IMG/VR virus record: IMGVR_UViG_3300011114_001049
Coordinates: 1 to 64,000 of that record
DNA from: a virus
Reading direction: 5' to 3' (one strand)
DNA: 64,000 bases
In this document: positions 19,322-27,907 of the stretch, in pieces
Numbering within the stretch: position 1 is the first letter of the stretch
Layout: each line of letters opens with the position of its first letter
Notes under the pieces: generated by a model
Database searches by the model: none
What the model was told of the DNA's origin: nothing
The model's input: the letters and a program-made list of their open reading frames with translations, nothing else
Made by a program: the position numbers and the translations under genes

Positions 19322-19570
19322 ATGAACCTATTACCAACAACACACGACGAACTTAAAAGAGTACTAGCGCAGCGTATTGTACAGTTCGCTTTCAGAAAAC
19401 TAGACGGCAGTCTACGCACCGCAGTAGGTACGACTAATTTATCTAACGTCCATGTGGACCATCACCCTAAGGGTGTGCGAGAGAGCTCACCTAAAGTGGT
19501 TGTTTACTTTGACATAGAGAAGAAGGAATGGAGAAGCGTAAGTCGTCGAGTTGACGTGTTTATTGCATAA
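19322..19570 (+). CDS. SH3 beta-barrel/WYL-like (DUF2693-type) small protein
   Basis: FAFRKLDGSLRTAVGTTN...YFDIEKKEWRS. Confidence 0.75.
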   Translation: MNLLPTTHDELKRVLAQRIVQFAFRKLDGSLRTAVGTTNLSNVHVDHHPKGVRESSPKVVVYFDIEKKEWRSVSRRVDVFIA

Positions 19571-19603
19571 CTAATAAAATAAAAACTGATAAACTAAAAT
19601 AGC

Positions 19604-20092
19604 ATGGGACTAGACATAATAGCAATAAGTAAGATAGTAAAGGTAGATGGCGAGGGCGGAATAAGAGTCGGAGCTGATCCGGAGTTTAACCGTGTAGAGA
19701 TTGAACCTGGAGAATACGACAGGTCTGAAGAGTCTGAGGAGCACTCCTTTCGGGCAGGCCCCTACTCTTACTATAACAGGTTCCGCGAGACACTGTCGAT
19801 GTCGATGCATGGGATAATGCCAATGCAGATATGGAATGCGGTCAACGAGTTTAAATTTGAGAACACCGCGTTTATTGAGATGATTGACTTTTCAGACTGT
19901 GAAGGTTGCATAGGGGCTGAGATAAGTAATAAGTTATATCATGATTTTGCAAATAACCGTCACCGATTTAAGGAATATATTGATAGCCAAGGTTGGGAAG
20001 AGGAGAAGATAGTAGACTACCTTGAAGTATATGAAGATTTTATGAAAGCCTTTGAGATAGCTGGCCGAGGAGGTATCGTTATCTTTCATTAG
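19604..20092 (+). CDS. Phage hypothetical protein (MGLDI...FSDCEG)
   Basis: 162-aa ORF, terminator at about 20123-20147. Confidence 0.75.
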   Translation: MGLDIIAISKIVKVDGEGGIRVGADPEFNRVEIEPGEYDRSEESEEHSFRAGPYSYYNRFRETLSMSMHGIMPMQIWNAVNEFKFENTAFIEMIDFSDCEGCIGAEISNKLYHDFANNRHRFKEYIDSQGWEEEKIVDYLEVYEDFMKAFEIAGRGGIVIFH

Positions 20093-20268
20093 GCTAGAAG
20101 AAGTTGTTTTAAGTTAGAGACGAGGGTCGGCGCAAGCTGGCCCTTTGTCGTTTTACTCCGTAGTAAACCTTACTACTGGGTGCAAAGGTCTCTCAAACTT
20201 TTTATGGCAGGATTGTCATGGTTAGGAGTAATTGGTTATATTTACTTATAACTTAAAAACAAAAGCAG

Positions 20269-20511
20269 ATGACTAAAGAAGAATTTAAAGCAGGCGTTCT
20301 ATTCCTAATCAACGTAAAGAACGATTTCCAATTTGATTATAATAGCCCAGGATATTTAGGATTCCTCAACTGTGGAGAGGATATCACAGACGATCCAGGA
20401 TTTATGATAGTTGTCAATAATCAGGAAGAGTTTGAGCCAATCTTGAGTGGACTGAGGCTTACCACAGAAGAAGGTATCAACGCAGAAGAAACAGTATTCA
20501 TTCTAATCTAA
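20269..20511 (+). CDS. Acidic small early protein
   Basis: 80 aa after promoter 20237. Confidence 0.7.
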   Translation: MTKEEFKAGVLFLINVKNDFQFDYNSPGYLGFLNCGEDITDDPGFMIVVNNQEEFEPILSGLRLTTEEGINAEETVFILI

Positions 20512-20521
20512 AACAGGACCC

Positions 20522-20728
20522 ATGGAAGAAAAAATCTTAGATACCCTAAAGAAACTTAAAAGAGAGAAGAAGTACATCGCTCTTCAATTACATCCAGCGA
20601 TTGGCCACACAACTATTGAGAAGGAAGGAAATACTCTTCGTATCAATGAAGGAAGAGACGGCAAATTCGAAGGGGTAAGCGAGTCTTTCTATGACGAGAT
20701 GGTAAACCAGTTTGATTCACGAAACTAA
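20522..20728 (+). CDS. Hypothetical protein
   Basis: 68-aa ORF in operon. Confidence 0.65.
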   Translation: MEEKILDTLKKLKREKKYIALQLHPAIGHTTIEKEGNTLRINEGRDGKFEGVSESFYDEMVNQFDSRN

Positions 20729-20733
20729 ACGCT

Positions 20734-20889
20734 ATGGACTTTTACAAATGTAAACAATCAGGAGACGTATTCACTGAGGACGAGATGTTAGACGAAGTAG
20801 ATGGGGATGATAACTTAGATTCTTTCTACCTCATCGGCGATTTTGAGACACATGAAGAAGCAGAACAATTTCTAAAAACACTAAGATGA
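20734..20889 (+). CDS. Very acidic small protein (51 aa)
   Basis: MDFYKCKQSGDVFTEDEMLDEVDGDDNLDSF...; fills the gap, ATGA coupling to the next gene. Confidence 0.65.
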   Translation: MDFYKCKQSGDVFTEDEMLDEVDGDDNLDSFYLIGDFETHEEAEQFLKTLR

Positions 20890-21119
20890 CACAAGAACAA
20901 GCACAAGTAGTAGCACAAATCTTAGAGAGATTTGATTTTGATAAGGTACTTAAACACATGCAATCAGTAGATTGGAAGTGGTTCGATGAGGTGCCTGATA
21001 TGGATGATATTAAAGGTACCGCAACTCGACTTCTAGTCGAAGCTCAAATGGACCCGCAGGATGTTGTGTCAATGGGAACAGGCGGATTCAGAGTTTATAA
21101 ACTTCCTTGGGGATTATAG
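20886..21119 (+). CDS. Hypothetical protein (FDFDKV...GTGGF)
   Basis: 77 aa; frame continues 11 codons beyond the TAG. Confidence 0.7.
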   Translation: MTQEQAQVVAQILERFDFDKVLKHMQSVDWKWFDEVPDMDDIKGTATRLLVEAQMDPQDVVSMGTGGFRVYKLPWGL

Positions 21120-21252
21120 CTTACTTTCTCCATCCAACGAAGTGGAAGCTTCTAGCCTGGCAGCGGGCCGCGTCTCTTAACTTTTTATCCCGCCCAATTG
21201 TCAAGATTAGAAAAGATTGGTTATATTTACTTATAACTTAAAGACCCATAAG

Positions 21253-21678
21253 ATGTTAACACTTAAACTAGGGAATAATCTACACATATGTAATAATCAA
21301 GTTATTAGTTATTACACTGTAGTTGCGACCATTGCTGCTGACCAGATCATAGTACACGGTAAATGGAGTAGGACTACTACTAAACACCTAAACGAGGTCG
21401 CTAGAGTCACGAGGTCGTCATTAGTGCAAGAGAAGAGAGTATGCGATACTGACTGGTTACCGTATGGTGTAAATGTCAAGTTAACTGACTCGCTCTCAGT
21501 CAAGAGCTCACTGCTTATTGCTAGTAAATTAAACCATACGTTCGGCATGATTGGCGCGATTGCTTCTAATTGGGACAAGATTAACAAGAAGGATAAGAAT
21601 CTAATCTATGAAGAGCTTAGAGCAGACGACGAGTTTAGGATGATGATTCAATTGGTGGAAGATAACTTTCCGCTGTGA
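21253..21678 (+). CDS. Hypothetical early protein (SYYTVVA...WSRTTTKH)
   Basis: Start reassigned downstream of promoter 21222. Confidence 0.7.
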   Translation: MLTLKLGNNLHICNNQVISYYTVVATIAADQIIVHGKWSRTTTKHLNEVARVTRSSLVQEKRVCDTDWLPYGVNVKLTDSLSVKSSLLIASKLNHTFGMIGAIASNWDKINKKDKNLIYEELRADDEFRMMIQLVEDNFPL

Positions 21679-21763
21679 GCGGTCTCGCAAAAAAGTTTGG
21701 GACCAGATTGTACTTGTATTAGATAATTGGTTATATTTACAGTGTATAAAAAAAATAAAAGTT

Positions 21764-21985
21764 ATGAAAATTAAATTTTTGAAAGATTGTTATATTGAAG
21801 TATGTGTTGGTTTTGATAGTGAAGAAGAACCAATAATGGAAGAGGAGAAAATAGTTGAAGGCGAAATGTTTGAAGTAGAAAAAATTGTATATAACATTGT
21901 TGAAACAGAATTTATCCAAGTTCAATTTGAGGATGGTTCAGTTGGATTTATTAATAAAGATTTATTTGAAGTAATAGAGGAATAA
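21764..21985 (+). CDS. Very acidic small early protein
   Basis: 73 aa, Glu-rich, AT-rich coding sequence. Confidence 0.7.
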   Translation: MKIKFLKDCYIEVCVGFDSEEEPIMEEEKIVEGEMFEVEKIVYNIVETEFIQVQFEDGSVGFINKDLFEVIEE

Positions 21986-22107
21986 ACCTATTAAAAAGGC
22001 TTTCGTATATTAGCGTATAAAGAAAGAAGAATAAAAAGTTATTGACAGGATTGTACATTGTCGAAACAAATAGTTATATTTACTTATAACTTAAAAACAT
22101 AAAGATT

Positions 22108-22572
22108 ATGAAAACAACACACACGATTTGGGGCATACTCGATGGAGACGGCCCACTAAAAGGAATTAGATTTGGAGCAAGTACTAATGCACTTAACTTC
22201 GAAGTATCACAAGACACAGACGACGGTACCTATCCTAGGCTCTGTGATTATATGCGAGATATCAACGCATTAGAGAACGAAGGGGCAAGTCACTTCCTAA
22301 ATAGACTTACCCGAAAGAAGAACAAGTTGAAGATAGCATACGAAGGCGTGACTATTATTAGAGATTCTAAGTGGAGCACCGATGCTGTACTTGAATTCAA
22401 GGAACCGATCGATGTAGTATTAGGTAAAGTCGGCGAGAGTCTCATCATAGGGAAGGTGCAGCGTATCAAAGGAGAGTTCGATCACGACTACTTCTGGACC
22501 AAGAACGGTCGCCAAGACAAGGTAGCAAACGGTTATGAGATATGGTTCAAGATAGAAGAATACCTAGCCTAG
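22108..22572 (+). CDS. Hypothetical early protein
   Basis: 154 aa after promoter 22075. Confidence 0.75.
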   Translation: MKTTHTIWGILDGDGPLKGIRFGASTNALNFEVSQDTDDGTYPRLCDYMRDINALENEGASHFLNRLTRKKNKLKIAYEGVTIIRDSKWSTDAVLEFKEPIDVVLGKVGESLIIGKVQRIKGEFDHDYFWTKNGRQDKVANGYEIWFKIEEYLA

Positions 22573-22650
22573 TGCACAGGTCTCGCAAAAAATGTTGACC
22601 AGATTGTACCAGTATAAAAGAATTGGTTATATTTACTTATACAACAATTG

Positions 22651-24156
22651 ATGACTATGGAAAAGATACAGATAAAGCAGATTCCAGCCGAGTACGTGGC
22701 AAGAGCAAAAGGAACCGTCTACGATAGAAAGAGATTAGCCGGCCTGCGTGAACTACCTGAAATAGTAGTTAGTCGTTTATCGCAAGACCGGTCGCTTACT
22801 GTTTTAAAGGAGGTTGCTCTTCGTACTGACCTTACACTAGAACAGGTGAAGACACTAAACTCGCCGTCTAATATAGTAAACATGTACGAGCTTAGACGAA
22901 GCCTATTTCGTAATCATAGCATAAGTCACGATTGTGTAAAGTACCTGATTAGAGAGGAAGGTTTAGTTGAATCTGTAATCTTAGCTAACCCAAACATAAA
23001 GGCTAAAGAGTTTATTGGGATCGTGAAGGAGCAGATTGAATTAGAAAGAAGTCGTTACTCCGTAGATAGAATAATAAAGTCAGCGTTCTCTAATCAAGGG
23101 ATAGGTAATACTGTACTCATTGCTCTTTTAGAATTTTTGAAAGATTGTTATCACATAAAGTCAGAGCACAATTATGAAAGTCTAGTTCAAATACTCGTTA
23201 CTCACAACGATTCGCTTACTCCTCGGTCGATTGAATGGTTGTGGAAGCATGCAAATACTCGAATAAAGAAGAGAGGTGGTATCCAGTCTAAGCCACTTAT
23301 TAAATGTATAACAGCTCACCATAACTGTAGTGATGAACTCATTAATAAAATCATATTAGGATTAGAGGATGAGTACGTTGGCGACCTGTTTGGGTATGCG
23401 CAAGTAGAGATTAGAGAGAGTTATGTTGCAAGTAGAGAAGTCGTAAATTTACTGGCTCCACTATGTATCAATGGAACTGACCAAGTGATTAAGAATACTT
23501 CCATATTTATTGCTAATCACATGGGAGAGGTTGAGCTTACTGACAGCATAACACAGCAGCTTATCTCAATTAGAGATAAAGAAGTTCAACTTGCTTTGCT
23601 AAAGAATGGAGTCCTTGCTGGCACTAGCCAAGAACGTGAAGCAGTTGATATTATAGTATCGTCTACTGACGAATTGGAGAGAGAGGAATGGAGGTACCTA
23701 GAAAATTCTAATTTAATTACAGAGGATCACCTGATAGCCCTGACTTCACATCGTTCTTGGAGAGTTCGGCAGCTTGTAGCTGAGTCTACTCGAGTTCCTT
23801 TAGCTCAACTTGAAGTACTTGCAAATGATGGCGACTCAGACGTAGTCAGAAGTGCCACGCAGAATGGGAGATACCACCTGGTAAAACACTCCGTAGAGTA
23901 TCAAAGAAGAGCAGAGTTAAACTGTGTAGCTATGGCAAGAATACATAGGGCATGTAGCGAAACGATTGAGGCAATCGCGGCTGACTCCTATGCTAAAGAA
24001 TACACCGGCTTTTCAGAATTCGGCAAAGCGATAGAACTGTTAGCCTCGCCTGAATTCTCAACTTTCATTGAAACATTCAGCTATAAAGATCGCAGAGAAC
24101 TAATGAAAGATGGCATTGACCTAGCTACTTTAAATCTTCTTAGTCAATTTTTTTAA
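22651..24156 (+). CDS. Alpha-solenoid (LRV/HEAT-like) protein
   Basis: ~500 aa; SWRVRQLVAESTRVPLAQLEVLANDGDSDVVRSA. Confidence 0.7.
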   Translation: MTMEKIQIKQIPAEYVARAKGTVYDRKRLAGLRELPEIVVSRLSQDRSLTVLKEVALRTDLTLEQVKTLNSPSNIVNMYELRRSLFRNHSISHDCVKYLIREEGLVESVILANPNIKAKEFIGIVKEQIELERSRYSVDRIIKSAFSNQGIGNTVLIALLEFLKDCYHIKSEHNYESLVQILVTHNDSLTPRSIEWLWKHANTRIKKRGGIQSKPLIKCITAHHNCSDELINKIILGLEDEYVGDLFGYAQVEIRESYVASREVVNLLAPLCINGTDQVIKNTSIFIANHMGEVELTDSITQQLISIRDKEVQLALLKNGVLAGTSQEREAVDIIVSSTDELEREEWRYLENSNLITEDHLIALTSHRSWRVRQLVAESTRVPLAQLEVLANDGDSDVVRSATQNGRYHLVKHSVEYQRRAELNCVAMARIHRACSETIEAIAADSYAKEYTGFSEFGKAIELLASPEFSTFIETFSYKDRRELMKDGIDLATLNLLSQFF

Positions 24157-24229
24157 CAGGATTGTCAAGTATAGAAAAGATTGATTATATTTACTAAGAA
24201 CAAATGGTATAACTTGAGTATAAGATAGT

Positions 24230-24538
24230 ATGCAACCTACTGATAATCAAATGAATGATCGAAGTATTCCCTGCTTTAGCTTGGGAGCCATGGATGTAAG
24301 TTCATTTACGACAACTCATCGTGCACTTATCTCAAGCGCAGTAGAGTCGGCAGTATACTGGGCAGTCTCGAATAAATTAGAAGAAGTAGAAGTATTTGAA
24401 ATAAAGGAATTGGACGTCGTCTTCTCATTAAAGAAGGAGGAATTTAGGACAGCATTAAACGGCTGTATTGAATACTCAATATCAATAGAAGATTACGAAA
24501 AGTGCGTAGCTATTAATAAACTAAAAACTAATTTATGA
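24230..24538 (+). CDS. Hypothetical protein with C-terminal UVR-like motif
   Basis: YSISIEDYEKCVAINKL. Confidence 0.65.
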   Translation: MQPTDNQMNDRSIPCFSLGAMDVSSFTTTHRALISSAVESAVYWAVSNKLEEVEVFEIKELDVVFSLKKEEFRTALNGCIEYSISIEDYEKCVAINKLKTNL

Positions 24539-24762
24539 GTAAGCAGAGAGCATTAGGATTTAAAAAGATTGCATGTAAAAAATGTAACGAACTCGTAGAC
24601 AAGGTAGACGAGCAGGCAGAATCAATAACCTGTAGCAAGTGTGTTCAGACTGAACTACGCGGATACCCTGATATCACTCGTGAAGAGTGGTTTAGATTAG
24701 ATACGATACGTAAAGAGAAAGAGCTTGAATTAGAAGAGTCTGCTTCTGGCAAAGAAGAATAA
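24535..24762 (+). CDS. Zinc-ribbon hypothetical protein
   Basis: CKKC...CSKC. Confidence 0.7.
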   Translation: MSKQRALGFKKIACKKCNELVDKVDEQAESITCSKCVQTELRGYPDITREEWFRLDTIRKEKELELEESASGKEE

Positions 24763-24837
24763 AAAGTTATTGACAGCATTGTACATTGTCGAAACAAATA
24801 GTTATATTTACTACATAAACCAATAAAACTAAAGATC

Positions 24838-25557
24838 ATGGGCTTTGAAACATCAGAAGGACTTCCAAAATACTTTCGTGAAATAAGAAAGAGCGGAGGT
24901 GTAAGTAAAGAAAGAGAGAAGGTATTGGCTATTGAGATAGCTAACGGTAGCACAACGGCAGTCCGCGAACTTGCTGAAAGCAATCTATTACTTGTAGCTA
25001 GAATTGCAAACCGCCATAAGGGGCAAGGGGTTCCCATAGACGACTTGATACAGGAAGGTAATATTGGACTACTTGAAGCTGCTCGTAACTTTCGACCAAA
25101 TCACGAAAGAGGTTTCGTACCCTATGCCAGCCTGTGGATTCGTAAGTATATTAACGAGACTGTTGCTAAGACTGGCCGAGTTGTCCGCTTACCCCACAAT
25201 CAGGAGTATGAGATCTATAAAGCAAAGATGAGAGGCGAAGATCCAGACGTGCCTACTCGTGTAAGCCTAGACAAGCCGATCAGCGAAGACAGCGAATACA
25301 CGTTAGCCGACCTGATCTTGGTGTCACGGCCTGAAGTTGAGATAGAGATTGAGCTGGAAGAGATTAAGTTCAAGGTAGGTATCGCAGTAAAATCCTTGAA
25401 GACCCGTGACCGTGAGATAATATTTGATTATTTTGGAATCGACCGTGAGTACTCCTTAAACGCGAAAGAGATCGCCGAGAAGCACTCAATGACAAACGTT
25501 AGAATAAGTCAGATCGTTCGCTCCTCACTAGAAAAAATGAAGAGCTCAATGGTTTGA
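24838..25557 (+). CDS. Sigma-70 family RNA polymerase sigma factor (RpoD-like, no region 1.1)
   Basis: Region 2 SNLLLVARIA...DDLIQEGNIGLLEAARNF...YASLWIRKYI; region 3 VSLDKP; region 4 LKTRDREII...EIAEKHSMTNVRISQI. Confidence 0.9.
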   Translation: MGFETSEGLPKYFREIRKSGGVSKEREKVLAIEIANGSTTAVRELAESNLLLVARIANRHKGQGVPIDDLIQEGNIGLLEAARNFRPNHERGFVPYASLWIRKYINETVAKTGRVVRLPHNQEYEIYKAKMRGEDPDVPTRVSLDKPISEDSEYTLADLILVSRPEVEIEIELEEIKFKVGIAVKSLKTRDREIIFDYFGIDREYSLNAKEIAEKHSMTNVRISQIVRSSLEKMKSSMV

Positions 25558-25612
25558 TCCATAGCTGTAGAGAGTCTCAGCTTTTAATAATAAACATTTA
25601 CTCCGTAGTAAG

Positions 25613-25960
25613 ATGAAGGATATATTAGCATTTAATGGAGAAGACGAGGTCTTCTTAACCGAATTAGAACTAGAAGACTTAGTTAGGAACAAAACTAAAG
25701 AATTCGTAGAATTATTCCAGTATACCGCAGTCTATCTAGACGTGATAAACGAATTAGAGAAAGACCTAGGTAGTGCACTGTGCTCGATCAACTCTTCTCC
25801 AATGTCAATCGAACGTAAGAAGAGACTTGATGAAGGTCACTATGTCTTGATTGAGTTATTGGTAGAGCACCTGGGTTTTGATATAGCTGGGATAATAATT
25901 GCAGATACTTGTAACGCAATAAACTTAGATAAAATAAGAAGCAAAAATGGCAAAAGATAA
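25613..25960 (+). CDS. Hypothetical protein
   Basis: 115-aa ORF in operon. Confidence 0.65.
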   Translation: MKDILAFNGEDEVFLTELELEDLVRNKTKEFVELFQYTAVYLDVINELEKDLGSALCSINSSPMSIERKKRLDEGHYVLIELLVEHLGFDIAGIIIADTCNAINLDKIRSKNGKR

Positions 25961-26207
25961 TGCACTAGATCGTATACTTAGGGAGATGAGTGAGATCGAC
26001 AGGGTCGTCTGTATGGAAGTAAAGTACCTTGCAATCATGCATGAGCAGGACAAACCCGTCTCGACCGAGCAAGAAAGCAGAGAGCTAGTTGGCTCGATTG
26101 TCGACCTCATCGAATTCTTTGAACCTCAAGAAAGATACGAAGAGTGCGCACAACTAGTAAAGATACTTAATAAGATAAAGAAGCAATGCGGCCAGAAGTA
26201 TACGTAG
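25947..26207 (+). CDS. Hypothetical protein with UVR-like motif
   Basis: FFEPQERYEECAQLVKI. Confidence 0.65.
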   Translation: MAKDNALDRILREMSEIDRVVCMEVKYLAIMHEQDKPVSTEQESRELVGSIVDLIEFFEPQERYEECAQLVKILNKIKKQCGQKYT

Positions 26208-26437
26208 TTATCGGTAACGGGGAAGAAGGAGAGTGGGAAGAGTCTCTGCAGAAATCTTTGGGTGTCTGTAATAATGCTAAGAAAGCATATGATATTGCTT
26301 TATTTCTAGGCCAGATATCTAGACCTGACTTGGGTTATCGTAAAGTATTAGAGACCCTAAACAAGAAAGGTGCAGTCACTGTCAAGCAGAGAGAAGGAGA
26401 GCAGGCTGCAACAATAGTAAAAGTAAAAAAATATTAG
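26186..26437 (+). CDS. Hypothetical protein
   Basis: 83-aa ORF in operon. Confidence 0.6.
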   Translation: MRPEVYVVIGNGEEGEWEESLQKSLGVCNNAKKAYDIALFLGQISRPDLGYRKVLETLNKKGAVTVKQREGEQAATIVKVKKY

Positions 26438-26439
26438 CC

Positions 26440-26601
26440 ATGACCGATCGAGAAAAACTAAAAGCAGTCGATGATTATATTAGAGAGAGTAAAGAGCTCT
26501 ATTCGCAGGCAATACACGATACCGGCAACGAGATGGAAAAAACTATGTGGGCAAGCATTATAACTGCGCTCGACGGTGTTGGAGAGATTCTAGAAAGGTA
26601 A
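26440..26601 (+). CDS. Small hypothetical protein (53 aa)
   Basis: MTDREKLKAVDDY...; stop abuts GGTCTC at 26603. Confidence 0.6.
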   Translation: MTDREKLKAVDDYIRESKELYSQAIHDTGNEMEKTMWASIITALDGVGEILER

Positions 26602-26686
26602 GGGTCTCGCAAAAGTTTTTCCGCAGGATTGTCAAGATTAGGGAATTATAGTTATATTTACCTATAACCAATTAAACTTAATAAAG

Positions 26687-26791
26687 ATGGATAAGGAAAC
26701 TTGTAAACACGAAAAAACATACGTAGCAGTACGCCACGTATCAGGGATTAAGCTAGTAAAATGTTCTCATTGCGGTAAAGTAATTAATTAA
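26687..26791 (+). CDS. Tiny zinc-ribbon protein (34 aa)
   Basis: MDKETCKHEK...KCSHCGKVIN after promoter 26653. Confidence 0.55.
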   Translation: MDKETCKHEKTYVAVRHVSGIKLVKCSHCGKVIN

Positions 26792-26797
26792 AGAGAT

Positions 26798-27190
26798 ATG
26801 AAAGCAGAATTTAACAGACACAATCGAGATTTTAATTGTAGTTTTACAATTGAGTTCAACGTAAAGAATCCTACCATACCTTTGACCGATAGACACATCG
26901 AGCTCATGGAGTCAGAATGGCTGCATGGAGACCTAACAAATAATTATTCAACTGATTGCTTTGAAGAGATAATGGAGAGTAATTATTCTTTTATTGAAGA
27001 CTGGAGTTTTGCCGGTCGCAGCAACGGCTGGTGGGTTCTAATTTGCAAAGGTTCAGAGTCACAGGTTAGAGCTAGTTCTCTTCGCCGAATCGAAAGAATT
27101 GTTGAAGACTATTTTAGCAAGTACGGCAAAATGATAATTAATAATTTTGAAATTTTTATAAAGGAGAGAGAAGAGGCAGAGATCTCTTAA
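26798..27190 (+). CDS. Hypothetical protein (GRSNGW motif)
   Basis: 130-aa ORF. Confidence 0.7.
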   Translation: MKAEFNRHNRDFNCSFTIEFNVKNPTIPLTDRHIELMESEWLHGDLTNNYSTDCFEEIMESNYSFIEDWSFAGRSNGWWVLICKGSESQVRASSLRRIERIVEDYFSKYGKMIINNFEIFIKEREEAEIS

Positions 27191-27266
27191 TTTTTATTTG
27201 ACCCAATTGTCAAGATTAAAAAGAAATTATTATATTTACTTATAACCAATTAAAAACTGAACGCAT

Positions 27267-27692
27267 ATGTCAACTAGAAGCAGAATAGGAATGGAGTTTA
27301 CCGACGAGAACGGTACTCGACTAGTTAAATCAATCTACTGTCACTTCGACGGATATCCGGAAGGAGTCGGGCAGAAACTACAGAACTTTTTTCTAGATCG
27401 GGAAAAGGTCGACGCACTCGTCTCGCTGGGAGATATTTCTTTTCTTGAGAAGGAGATCGTAGCGAAGGGCAATCACTCATTTGACCAGCCAGAAAGAGGA
27501 GTGACTGTTGCCTACCATCGAGACCGTGGAGAAGATTACTGTGCACCGCGAATCGATGCAGGAGTAGATGCCTTCTTTGAATCAGATTTTGAAGAGTACG
27601 GTTATGTCTTTAGCGAAGAAGGAGAGTGGCTAATTGGAGGAGTCGAAGATATCGCCATCCCTTTACCATACGCCATTTCGCTGAGAGAATAA
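27267..27692 (+). CDS. Phage hypothetical protein (MSTRSRIG...IYCHFDGYP)
   Basis: Recognisable recurrent phage motif; after promoter 27231; terminator 27747-27772. Confidence 0.75.
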   Translation: MSTRSRIGMEFTDENGTRLVKSIYCHFDGYPEGVGQKLQNFFLDREKVDALVSLGDISFLEKEIVAKGNHSFDQPERGVTVAYHRDRGEDYCAPRIDAGVDAFFESDFEEYGYVFSEEGEWLIGGVEDIAIPLPYAISLRE

Positions 27693-27907
27693 GCTTAGGT
27701 CACGTCCAAGGCTAAGGCGCCCAACCCTTGGGCTGAACCATAAGAGAACCCGACTAGCTATCGGGTTTTTTTGTGTGAGTCAACTTGGAAGCTAAAACCG
27801 GTGTGCATGGGTCTCTGGTTAAATGTGCAAAAAATAGTTCGCCAGATTGTCATAGTTAAAAGGAATTAGTTATATTTACTTATACTAACCAACTAAAAAC
27901 TTTTATT

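Larger units (their letters stand above)
10745..27879 (+). promoter_or_regulatory. Array of ~24 conserved early promoters: GGTCTC - A/T tract - (ATTG) - GTTATATTTAC-TTATAACTTAAAA
   Basis: TATATTTA core starts at 10795, 11652, 12074, 12730, 13126, 14205, 14800, 15056, 15382, 16130, 16929, 17708, 18637, 19292, 20237, 21222, 21732, 22075, 22628, 24186, 24803, 26653, 27231, 27871. Nearly all lie ~30 bp before an ATG. Layout resembles Bacteroidota sigma-A promoters (TTG-N19-21-TAnnTTTG). Confidence 0.85.

Noticed and set aside
20886-21155. Amber (TAG) recoding suggested by the frame continuing past TAG 21117
   Set aside because: Long genes are uninterrupted in the standard code, many genes end cleanly at TAG, and no suppressor tRNA was seen; at most a single nonsense change.
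12060-21252. Shared N-terminal peptide MVIFTYNLK in ORFs 12060, 18632 and 21217
   Set aside because: It is the translation of the promoter element; real starts are at 12105, 18668 and 21253.
11601-27879. CRISPR array
   Set aside because: Repeats are degenerate, hundreds to thousands of bp apart, separated by genes and shaped like promoters; no cas genes in the window.
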